A stretch of DNA of 64,000 bases from an uncultured Gammaproteobacteria bacterium. GTDB lineage: Bacteria; Pseudomonadota; Gammaproteobacteria; Steroidobacterales; JBCCMA01. The notes below the pieces were generated by a model. It was not told where the DNA came from, ran no database searches, and saw nothing but the letters and a program-made list of their open reading frames with translations. Positions 8,712-17,237 of this stretch are shown piece after piece (positions within the stretch are counted from its first letter, which is position 1; every line of letters starts with the position of its first letter). A program made the position numbers and the translations under genes. The DNA lies in the NCBI GenBank assembly GCA_964639265.1, contig CAZXCL010000001.1, forward strand, positions 47,301 to 111,300, in the 5' to 3' direction.

Positions 8712-9557
8712 CTACAGCGCGTTGAGCGGCAATCGCAGATAGGTGGTGCCGTTGGCGTCGGCGGCTGGCAAGGCGCCCGCCCGAATATTGACCTGAAGCG
8801 CGGGAATAATCAGAGCCGGCATCGACAGCGTCGCATCACGCGTTTCACGCAAGCGCACGTACTCCTCAAGCGCCGTATCGGTCTTCACATGAAGATTGCC
8901 TGCGCGCTGCTCCGCCACGGTTACCGACACGACCGGTTGCTCATCGGGTGCGGGATAGTCGTGACACAGATAAAGCCGGGTGTCATCGGGCAACTGGTAA
9001 AGGCGCTGAATGGTCTGATAAAGCGCCTCGGCACTGCCGCCCGGGAAGTCACAACGCGCCGTGCCGCGCGCGGGCGCGAAGAGCGTGTCGCCAACGAAGG
9101 CAGCATTGCCGATCAGATAGGTCACACTGTCATTGGTGTGGCCCGGCGTGGACATGACGGTGATCTCGAGCGCGCCGCTGCGCACCGTTTCGTTGTCGTC
9201 AAACAGGTGATCGAAATCATCGTCGGTGGGTGCCAGATCAAACACCGGTTCGAAGTTGGCCTGCACGGAACGAATACCCTTGCCAATGCCAAGCCTGGCG
9301 CCAAGTTTTTTGCGCAGATAGTCGCCGCCTGTCAGATGGTCAGCATGCGCATGCGTCTCCAGAATCCACTCGATGTTCAACTGCAGTTCGTCGACGCGCG
9401 CGGCGATCTCATCGCTCGGCTCGGTCGACAAGCGCCCCGACGCCAGCGTCAGATCGACCACCGGATCGATCACGATGCCCGTCGTCTTGTCATGCACCAG
9501 ATAGCTCAACGTGCCGCTGCTGCGATGAAAAAAGGCCTCAACCCGCGGCTCACTCAT
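8712..9557 (-). CDS. MBL-fold metallohydrolase, ETHE1/Blh-like persulfide dioxygenase family
   Basis: WILETHAHADHLTG (HxHxDH), TPGHT, GDTLF, GTARCDFPGG and LCHDY motifs. Confidence 0.85.
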   Translation of the reverse strand: MSEPRVEAFFHRSSGTLSYLVHDKTTGIVIDPVVDLTLASGRLSTEPSDEIAARVDELQLNIEWILETHAHADHLTGGDYLRKKLGARLGIGKGIRSVQANFEPVFDLAPTDDDFDHLFDDNETVRSGALEITVMSTPGHTNDSVTYLIGNAAFVGDTLFAPARGTARCDFPGGSAEALYQTIQRLYQLPDDTRLYLCHDYPAPDEQPVVSVTVAEQRAGNLHVKTDTALEEYVRLRETRDATLSMPALIIPALQVNIRAGALPAADANGTTYLRLPLNAL

Positions 9558-10474
9558 GTTGTTGTCTCCGCAATGTTCCGACGCAGCGATTCGATACGCG
9601 CGTCCTTCTCACGCCACCGTGTTTCCACCCAGCTTTTGAATCTGGCCCGGTAGTCCGCATCACCGCTGTAGTCTCCGGTCATCAGATCATCCGGAACCAC
9701 GTGTTTTTCCACGTGCACAATGATGCGTTGAAGACGCCCTGTCATCAGATCCCACAGACTTGTATCACTGGTCGAATATACGAGAGTCACGTCCAGAAAC
9801 GTGTTCATTTTCTCACCGATGGCTTCGATCGCATAGGCGATACCCCCAACCTTGGGCCGCAGCAGATTTTGGTACGGCGATTCCTGCTGCGCGTGCTTGT
9901 GCGGCGCAAATCGCGTGCCCTCCAGAAAGTTGATGATCGACGTGGGGCGCTCGCGAAACGGTTCGCAGGCGCGCCGCGTGGCGTTGATATCGGTCTGGCG
10001 CAGGGACGGATTTTCCTCAATCTGCTTGCGCGTATGTCGCGTCATGAACGGCAGTTCAAGCGCCCACCAGGCAAGACCGAGCAGCGGCACGTAGATAAGC
10101 TGGCGTTTCAGGAAGAAACGCAGAAACGGGATTTTGTGATTGAAGGCTTTTTGCAACGCAAAGACGTCGACCCACGACACGTGATTGGTGCCAATCAGAT
10201 ACCACTCGTCATACACCAGATCGTCGGTGCCGTGCACCTCGAATCGCGTCCCGTTGGCCGCCGCCAGCGCGCTGTTGCCGTCGATCCAGCAGGACGCGAG
10301 ATACTCCAGAGCGCGGAAACACCATTGACGAAGCGGCGCGATCGGCAGCAGCTTGATCAGCGCCAGCACGTAAAACGGTATACACCAGAACACCAGATTC
10401 AGGATTGATATGACCGAGGTGATAACGCCACGGATCGGTTCAGGCAACATTCGAAGCATGCTTAAGTGTTTCAT
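9554..10474 (-). CDS. Phospholipid/glycerol acyltransferase, YihG-like (start may be at 10459)
   Basis: NHVSWVD (HxxxxD), RFFLKRQL…LAWWALELPFM, INFLEGTRF and NLLRPKVGG motifs. Confidence 0.88.
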   Translation of the reverse strand: MKHLSMLRMLPEPIRGVITSVISILNLVFWCIPFYVLALIKLLPIAPLRQWCFRALEYLASCWIDGNSALAAANGTRFEVHGTDDLVYDEWYLIGTNHVSWVDVFALQKAFNHKIPFLRFFLKRQLIYVPLLGLAWWALELPFMTRHTRKQIEENPSLRQTDINATRRACEPFRERPTSIINFLEGTRFAPHKHAQQESPYQNLLRPKVGGIAYAIEAIGEKMNTFLDVTLVYSTSDTSLWDLMTGRLQRIIVHVEKHVVPDDLMTGDYSGDADYRARFKSWVETRWREKDARIESLRRNIAETTT

Positions 10475-10579
10475 TTCACGGCGGTGAAAGCCACCGCAAT
10501 TGCCCTCTCACGTTGGGCAAAAAAGCGTGCGATACTCAGGCCAGATCGTTGGCAACGGCCCCCTGGACGGAACCTGAGT

Positions 10580-10888
10580 GTGAATCTTCGAGAACAAGTG
10601 GAAGCCTTGCTGCCCGGCTGGGAAAGCTGGTATCCAAGCCTGTTTGATGCCGCGGTGGATCTGGGCGTGATCAAGGCGCAGGTTTGCTCGCCATCTCAGT
10701 TGCTGTTATCTCGCCGTCACAGTGCCGTGCAAAGTGCGGCCACGCAGGCGCATCGTGAGCAATGGGGAGGCGTCCTGCAGGATATTGCCACGCCACTGCC
10801 GCAAAAAAACACATCGAACCGAGCCACACCGCGCCGGCGAAAACGCAGGCGCGGCCGCGGCGGCGGCAAGAAGGGATCGAGCGCTTGA
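10580..10888 (+). CDS. Small hypothetical protein with Arg/Lys/Gly-rich C-terminal tail
   Basis: GTG start at 10580 (VNLREQVEALLPGWESWYPSLFDAA…), ending RRRKRRRGRGGGKKGSSA. The TGA overlaps the TTG of the next gene (TTGA). Confidence 0.65.
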   Translation: MNLREQVEALLPGWESWYPSLFDAAVDLGVIKAQVCSPSQLLLSRRHSAVQSAATQAHREQWGGVLQDIATPLPQKNTSNRATPRRRKRRRGRGGGKKGSSA

Positions 10889-12660
10889 GTCAGTCTTCGT
10901 TTGCGGCGCTGCGCGATCTGCTGCGCTACGCCCGTCCGTTTCGACGGCGCATGATTCTCTCGTCGGTTTACTCAGTGCTCAACAAACTGTTTGACGTCAT
11001 GCCCGAGATTCTTATTGGCGTGGCCATCGACGTGGTCGTGCGACAGGAAGATTCGTTTGTCGCCCAGCTGGGCATTGAGCAGCCGCTGCATCAACTGGTG
11101 GCGCTAGGGGTGCTGACGTTTTTGATCTGGGCCGGAGAGTCTGTGTTCGAGTATCTGTATCTGATCGGCTGGCGCGAACTGGCGCAGGATCTGCAGCACG
11201 GTTTGCGTATGGATACCTACGAACACGTCCAGAAACTCGACATGGCCTACTTCGAGGACGCCAGCACGGGCAATCTGGTTTCGATCCTCAACGACGACGT
11301 CAATCAGCTGGAGCAGTTTTTCAATGGCGGCGCCAACAGCCTGATTCAGGTGGCCACGACGATCGTCGCCGTGGGCGGGGTGTTTTTCGCTATCTCGCCT
11401 ATCGTCGCAGCGCTAGCCTTCACGCCTATCCCCGTGATTGTTATTGGTGCGTTCTATTTTCAGCGTCGCGCCCAGCCGCTCTACTCGCAGGTGCGAGACA
11501 AGGTGGGGCGACTTAGCAATCGACTGGCCGCGAATATCGCCGGGATCGCCACCATCAAGAGCTTTGTCTCAGAGGCGCAGGAAGCGCGCCGCATCCGCGC
11601 CGCCAGTGATGACTATGTGGCCGCCAATCGACAAGCCATCGCCATCAGCTCCGCGTTCATCCCGCTGATCCGCATGGCCATTCTGGCCGGCTTTATGGCC
11701 ACGCTTCTGCTCGGCGGATGGCTCACTCTCAAAGGCGATCTCAACGTGGGCGCTTTTGGCATTCTCGTGTTTTTGACCCAGCGTCTGCTGTGGCCCCTCA
11801 CGGACCTGGCGCAAACCGTCGATCTGTATGAGCGCGCGATGGCGGCCTCTCGCCGGATCTTGAGTCTGTTGCACGCACCGGTGCGTATTCAGGATGCAGC
11901 GGCGGCCAAAACACTAAAACGAGCGAACGGCGCGATTGAATTCCGCGATGTTTCCTTCGCCTACGCCAACGGCGAATCGGTGTTGCAGAACATCACGTTG
12001 TCGATCAAGGCCGGTCAGACCATCGGTTTTGTCGGTCCCACGGGGTCGGGCAAGAGCACCATCATCAAGCTTCTACTCAGGTTCTATGAGCCGCAAGGCG
12101 GCAGCGTGCTGCTCGATGGTGTCGATCTGGCCGAGTATCGCCTCGAAGATCTGCGCCGCCAGATGGGACTGGTCAGCCAGGACGTGTTTTTGTTCCAGGG
12201 CACGATCGCCGAGAACATTGCCTATGGACAGGACGACATGGATCCTGGCGCCGTGCGGGCGGCGGCCACCGCGGCCGAAGCGTCCGAGTTCATCGAACAC
12301 CTGCCGGAGGGCTACGATGCGCTTGTTGGTGAACGCGGGCAAAAGCTCAGCGGCGGACAACGTCAGCGACTGTCGATTGCGCGCGCGCTGCTCAAAGATC
12401 CGCCGATTCTGATTCTCGATGAAGCGACGTCGGCCGTTGACAGCGAAACCGAAGCGGCGATCGCGCGCTCCATCGCCCGCATCGAGGCCGGGCGCACGAC
12501 TCTGATCGTGGCACATAGACTCTCGACCGTGGTCCACGCCGACAAGATTGTCGTCATCGATCGCGGGCGCCTTGTCGAACAAGGCACCCACGAGGCATTA
12601 CTCAGTGCTGATGGTCTGTACGCCAACCTGTGGGACGTGCAAACCGGTAGCGTTGGCTAG
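10885..12660 (+). CDS. ABC exporter, fused TMD-NBD (MsbA/MdlB-like)
   Basis: Six-TM domain, Walker A GPTGSGKS, LSGGQRQR signature, ILILDE and AHRL; probable TTG start at 10885. Confidence 0.93.
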   Translation: MSQSSFAALRDLLRYARPFRRRMILSSVYSVLNKLFDVMPEILIGVAIDVVVRQEDSFVAQLGIEQPLHQLVALGVLTFLIWAGESVFEYLYLIGWRELAQDLQHGLRMDTYEHVQKLDMAYFEDASTGNLVSILNDDVNQLEQFFNGGANSLIQVATTIVAVGGVFFAISPIVAALAFTPIPVIVIGAFYFQRRAQPLYSQVRDKVGRLSNRLAANIAGIATIKSFVSEAQEARRIRAASDDYVAANRQAIAISSAFIPLIRMAILAGFMATLLLGGWLTLKGDLNVGAFGILVFLTQRLLWPLTDLAQTVDLYERAMAASRRILSLLHAPVRIQDAAAAKTLKRANGAIEFRDVSFAYANGESVLQNITLSIKAGQTIGFVGPTGSGKSTIIKLLLRFYEPQGGSVLLDGVDLAEYRLEDLRRQMGLVSQDVFLFQGTIAENIAYGQDDMDPGAVRAAATAAEASEFIEHLPEGYDALVGERGQKLSGGQRQRLSIARALLKDPPILILDEATSAVDSETEAAIARSIARIEAGRTTLIVAHRLSTVVHADKIVVIDRGRLVEQGTHEALLSADGLYANLWDVQTGSVG

Positions 12661-14321
12661 GGCCTTGGTCCGCACTGATCCGTCGCACCACTTGGGCCCG
12701 GTGAACCGAAAAAGCGCTCGCGCATCACACCGAGATCAACAAAGTTGACCGCCTGATCGTTGTTGAAGTCCGCATCGGGATTCCAGTTCTGATCCACAGG
12801 CGACGAGAAGAAGGCCAGACGCAACACACCGAGATCTGCGAAGTTCACAACGCAGTCGTTGCCGTTGCCCGAGGGCACGCGGCTGGTCAGTTCGCGGCTA
12901 ATATCGGCGTCGCACGCGTTGCCGTAGCCATCGCCGTCGCTGTCGGTCTGATCGGCGTTGTCCACGGCAATGCAGTTATCGAAGCAGTTCAGAAGTTTGT
13001 CCTCGTCAATTTCGTCCGTGCATTCGGCCGAAATATTCACCTCATCGACCTGAGCATAGAACGCGGTTTCGGAGCTGAACGCGAAACACACGTAGCCCTC
13101 TTCCGTGCCGTTGAGAATGTTCAAATCGACGAAGAACTCCTGCCCTGGTAACGAACCAAATTCACCCACCGATTCGAACAGTTCAAACACCGGCAGAAAA
13201 TTGTCAATTGAGCCCGGGTCCGGTGGCGTGTCGCCGACAAGAATCTGGAAGAAATCGTTACCGGTTTGCTGACCGAGCTGGAGATTGATAAGGAATGACA
13301 GCTGCGTGTTGTCCGCATCGGTGAAATCGATAGCGTCCGTGCAAAAGTACGACAAGATATTGGCGCCCGGCGCCGTCGTAGCGTCCAGACAGGCGGCCTC
13401 GCCCATCCCGCCGGTGAAGTTGCCCGGCGGCACATCGCCAGAGCCGCAAACACCGTCGTCGGTGGTTCCCCAGGGAATCGGATCACCCGTTTCGAATGTG
13501 ATCAGATTGAAGGCGTCGAGGTCGCCACCGGAGGGTGGATCGAACGACGAATACGAACGACTGAAGCTGTCCAGCTGACAGGAACCCGGTGTGATGTCGC
13601 CCGTCTGTTTCACAACCCGTACGTTGTCGAGCCAGAAAACGGTGGGGCCATTGGTACCCTGAAAGCTGCTCGACGAAAAACTCAGAAAGTTCAGATCGCC
13701 GTTGTTGTAGGGGCCACCCGGCGCGGTCTCAAGATCAATTCGCTGCGTGCGGTAGCCGCGAATGCCGCAACCGGGGCTGTTGCCGGTGTAGGTGCGTATC
13801 GGATTCTGGTTAATGGATACGGTAAACGTGTTGCCGAAAAAATCGCACTCAGGGATCGCCAGATCAAACTCAAGCCAGCGATGGCCGGACGGAAAATCAA
13901 ATCGCTGCTCAAGAAAGCTGCTGTCATCGTCACCGAGGTTGCCAAAACGTGCCCACCAGGCACCCTGTCGCGCGAACGACATATCGCAGATCTCGGCGTT
14001 GCATAGAACACCATCGTTTGATGTACTGAAGTCACTCCAGGGCGTCGCACCAATGCCCTCTTCAAAACCGGGATCGGGCACAACGTTTTCGGCCGCCGGT
14101 ACGTCCGGCGCGATGCACTGAAAGTTGTTTTCAATCAGGCAGGCGGATGAACACCCGTCGCCACTTAGCGTATTGCCATCCTCGCACTGCTCATTGGGAC
14201 CGATAAGCAAATCTCCGCAGACGCTGCCACCTGAACCATGTGCGGTGGCGCTGAACAGCAGCAACGCTGACAGCAGACACAACGCCCTCGGCCAGACCGT
14301 GTTGATTGTCTTGTTACCCAT
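12657..14321 (-). CDS. Secreted multidomain protein: Myxococcus-type Cys-rich repeat, beta-sandwich/CBM-like domains, and C-terminal TSP3 + dockerin/EF-hand-like module
   Basis: Signal peptide …SATAHG; CGDLLIGPNEQCEDGNTLSGDGCSSAC; DPGFE; DNCIAVDNADQTDSDGDGYGNACD; twin motifs NDCVVNFADLGVLRLAFF and DFNNDQAVNFVDLGVMRERFF. Confidence 0.8.
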   Translation of the reverse strand: MGNKTINTVWPRALCLLSALLLFSATAHGSGGSVCGDLLIGPNEQCEDGNTLSGDGCSSACLIENNFQCIAPDVPAAENVVPDPGFEEGIGATPWSDFSTSNDGVLCNAEICDMSFARQGAWWARFGNLGDDDSSFLEQRFDFPSGHRWLEFDLAIPECDFFGNTFTVSINQNPIRTYTGNSPGCGIRGYRTQRIDLETAPGGPYNNGDLNFLSFSSSSFQGTNGPTVFWLDNVRVVKQTGDITPGSCQLDSFSRSYSSFDPPSGGDLDAFNLITFETGDPIPWGTTDDGVCGSGDVPPGNFTGGMGEAACLDATTAPGANILSYFCTDAIDFTDADNTQLSFLINLQLGQQTGNDFFQILVGDTPPDPGSIDNFLPVFELFESVGEFGSLPGQEFFVDLNILNGTEEGYVCFAFSSETAFYAQVDEVNISAECTDEIDEDKLLNCFDNCIAVDNADQTDSDGDGYGNACDADISRELTSRVPSGNGNDCVVNFADLGVLRLAFFSSPVDQNWNPDADFNNDQAVNFVDLGVMRERFFGSPGPSGATDQCGPRP

Positions 14322-14344
14322 GAAATCCCCCCGGATTCGTGTTG

Positions 14345-17068
14345 TTAGCGGTCCGACGCGGACCTTCCCTCTAAAAGTAGTTGATATTTCTCGCGCTGCT
14401 CGGGCTCACCACGTAAAGCGTGAAGCTCGATCAAACGCTCAATGGTCTTGCGCGTGGGCTCGGCATTCTCACCGCGCTTCTCGCGCAACACCTCCAGACT
14501 TCCTGTGAGCAGACGCTCTGCGTTCGTCAACTCGCCTTCGCGCATGGAGCACTCGCCGGCGAGGCTTTGCGCCTGGGCAAGTCGCCAGTGTCCGGCACGC
14601 AGACTCTGCTCGAGAACATCGACGACAAGATCAACATCGGCGCAGGCGGCCTCGGCTTTGCCCGTGGCCAGACGATGCTCCGCCAGATTCATACGCGTAA
14701 TGGCCGTATGCGGGTGTTCATCGCCCTGCACAGCGACACGCACTTGCACCGACTCAACGTAGGCCGCCTCGGCCTGTTCGGCCTCACCGCGCTTGCTTAA
14801 CAAGCCGGCCAGGTTGTTCAACGTCGTGGCGACGCCGGTGCTCGGATAGCCTTCGCGCTTGCGGATGGCGAGCGAGCGTCGATAAAGCTTTTCAGCTTCA
14901 TCCAGATTTCCCCGGCGATACAAAAGTAGCGCCAGGTTGTTGATCGTCGTGCCCACGGGTCCGTTGTCCGTCTTGAATACCTGTTCACGCATAGCAAGCG
15001 CCTTGCGGTAAACGGGTTCGGCTTCGTCATACTTGTTGCGCTTGGCCAGTACCGATCCGAGATTGCTCAGCGTGGTTGCAATAGACGGGTGAATCTCACC
15101 GTATAGTTGCGTCTTGATCTCGAGCGCCTCCCGATGGGCCTGCTCGGCCAGTTCCAGATTACTGTTCAGGCTCGCCGCCACTGCCCGGGCATTGAGCGCA
15201 TAGCTAAGCAATGTCATGGCCTCTGGTTCTGGCAAATGCGCTTTGGCGATATCGACGGCTTGGGTAATCTGCAACTGTGCAGATTCAAAATCGGCGTCGG
15301 CAGTGCTTACCTGGCCCAGATCGTTGAGCGACGCGGCGACGGCGAGGCTGTCAGGGCCGTACAGTGTCTGACGCAGCTCAAGCGCGCGTTGGTGACTCTT
15401 CCGAGCGCCTGGCATATCCCCGCTGGCGCGCTGCGCTTCGCCAAGCTGGGCCAGAGTCTCGGCCAGTTCCTCATAGTCCGATTGCGAATCACCATCCTGA
15501 AGCTGCCCAAGCGCACCCTCAAGCACCGCTTTTGCCTTCGCGTTCTCACCCATGTTGTTGTAGAGCGTGCCGATCGTCAGCAGTAAGCGAGCCTGCACGT
15601 CGGGCTCGTCCTTTAGCGTGTCCGCAATGCGCGCTGCGTTGTCATCGAGCACGTCGATCACTCTGACGTCTTTGCCAAGGGCCACCGACGGGTCTTCGCT
15701 GCGAAAAAATTCACTGATCAACTCGGTCACTCGCGTCGCAGTCTGCGCTTCTTTGAGCGCGATCTTCTCGGCCGTGGTCGCGCGTACCAGACCAATAGTC
15801 GCGGTTGTGACACCGGCAATCAGCGCCAGAAGAACAATACCGGCTACCGTCACGGCGCTACGATTACGTCGCACAAACTGGCCAAACACATAGCGACGGC
15901 TGGGCGGCCTCGCCTGCACCGGGCGATGGGCCAGATAATTGAGCACATCGGCCTTGAGCTCGAACACCGACTGATAGCGACGTTTGCGCTCGCGTTCGAG
16001 CGCCTTGAGCACCACCCAGTCGAGCGACGAGGCCAGTGCCGACCGCAACGCTGTCACGTCTGTGGCCCGGTCAGACACCGCCTGGGAAATGGTCTCGCCC
16101 AGACCCGAAAGTCTGACGCTCGGTCGCGGCGTGCTGGCGTCGCGCACGAGCGTTTGCAGCTGCTCCGGCGTTTTGTTCGCCAGGTCGTGAGGCAGCACGC
16201 CAACCAGCAACTGATAGAGCACCACGCCCAGCGCATAGACATCAGTACGCGTATCGACGTCTTCCACTTTGCCGGTGGCCTGTTCCGGACTCATATAGCC
16301 CGGTGTACCGATAAGCTGGCCCAGACGTGTCACCAGCGGGTCGTCGGCCAGCGACGCGTCCACGGCCTTCGCAATACCGAAGTCAATGACTTTTACCTGC
16401 GGCTTGCCGTCATGTTCTGCTACCAGAATATTTGACGGCTTCAGGTCGCGATGCACAACGCCTTTTTGATGCGCATGCGCGATGGCGTCACACACATCCA
16501 GAAAGACAACCAGGCGCTCGGCAATCGACAGCCGCCGACCGTCGCAGTACTCGTTCAGCGGTACGCCGTGTACGCGCTCCATGACAAAAAACGGGCGGCC
16601 GTTTTCCGCTGTGCCAGCGTCGAATATCTGCGCGATATTCGGATGGTCCATGACGGCCAGAGCCTGGCGTTCGGACTCGAACCGCGCAATCACTTCGCGC
16701 GTGTCCATGCCGGGTCGAATCACTTTCAGCGCAACCTTACGCCGAACCGGCTCGGACTGATCGGCTTCGTAAACGACGCTCATACCGCCCTCGCCGATCT
16801 CGCGCAAAATCTTATACGGGCCGATCTGCCCGGGCATATCTTCAAATTCGCGCGCAATGTTGACGCTGGCATCGCGCGCGCCGCGTTCAACGATATTGGT
16901 CAGGTTGCCCGATTGCGTTTCGCTCGCCACGCCGAGCATCGCCAGCACGTCGCTGCGCAATGACATGTCATCGCCGCACATTTGATCAAGCGCACGGTCG
17001 CGCTCGTCCGGTGCGAGATCACACACGGCAAAGAAAATTTCGGATACGCGCTGTCGTGCACTGACCAT
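14345..17068 (-). CDS. Membrane Hanks-type Ser/Thr protein kinase with C-terminal TPR array (start probably ATG 17068)
   Basis: IGEGGM, VALKVI, HRDLKPSN, VIDFG and GTPGYMSPEQ motifs; TM helix AVTVAGIVLLALIAGV; repeated xxNxLGxx TPR units. Confidence 0.93.
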   Translation of the reverse strand: MVSARQRVSEIFFAVCDLAPDERDRALDQMCGDDMSLRSDVLAMLGVASETQSGNLTNIVERGARDASVNIAREFEDMPGQIGPYKILREIGEGGMSVVYEADQSEPVRRKVALKVIRPGMDTREVIARFESERQALAVMDHPNIAQIFDAGTAENGRPFFVMERVHGVPLNEYCDGRRLSIAERLVVFLDVCDAIAHAHQKGVVHRDLKPSNILVAEHDGKPQVKVIDFGIAKAVDASLADDPLVTRLGQLIGTPGYMSPEQATGKVEDVDTRTDVYALGVVLYQLLVGVLPHDLANKTPEQLQTLVRDASTPRPSVRLSGLGETISQAVSDRATDVTALRSALASSLDWVVLKALERERKRRYQSVFELKADVLNYLAHRPVQARPPSRRYVFGQFVRRNRSAVTVAGIVLLALIAGVTTATIGLVRATTAEKIALKEAQTATRVTELISEFFRSEDPSVALGKDVRVIDVLDDNAARIADTLKDEPDVQARLLLTIGTLYNNMGENAKAKAVLEGALGQLQDGDSQSDYEELAETLAQLGEAQRASGDMPGARKSHQRALELRQTLYGPDSLAVAASLNDLGQVSTADADFESAQLQITQAVDIAKAHLPEPEAMTLLSYALNARAVAASLNSNLELAEQAHREALEIKTQLYGEIHPSIATTLSNLGSVLAKRNKYDEAEPVYRKALAMREQVFKTDNGPVGTTINNLALLLYRRGNLDEAEKLYRRSLAIRKREGYPSTGVATTLNNLAGLLSKRGEAEQAEAAYVESVQVRVAVQGDEHPHTAITRMNLAEHRLATGKAEAACADVDLVVDVLEQSLRAGHWRLAQAQSLAGECSMREGELTNAERLLTGSLEVLREKRGENAEPTRKTIERLIELHALRGEPEQREKYQLLLEGRSASDR
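14500..15600 (-). repeat. TPR repeat array within the kinase (approximate bounds)
   Basis: About 42-aa repeats: TLAQLGEAQ, SLNDLGQV, ALNARAVA, TLSNLGSVL, TINNLALLL, TLNNLAGLL, TRMNLAE. Confidence 0.8.
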
Positions 17069-17237
17069 AGGTGCGTCAGACCACCCCCCAAACAAAAGCA
17101 TCCAGATAAACGGCCATCGTTCTTGTTTTTGTGGTGCCGTTTGTTGCTGAGCTCAAGGATAGAGCAAGGGCTGACGTGCTACCACCTGCATTCGCACCGC
17201 CATGGGAACGCTTTCCCAAATACAGACCAAGTGCGGT

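Noticed and set aside
12657-12700. GlyGly-CTERM tail on the secreted Cys-rich protein as a rhombosortase substrate
   Set aside because: The C-terminus (GSPGPSGATDQCGPRP) lacks the GG motif, the hydrophobic TM helix and the basic cluster.
17069-17237. Possible riboswitch or ECF remnant in the kinase leader (small hairpin GGGAA-AGCG-TTCCC)
   Set aside because: There is no match to riboswitch cores I can recognise and no ECF-like peptide in any frame. An Rfam/Infernal scan would be needed.
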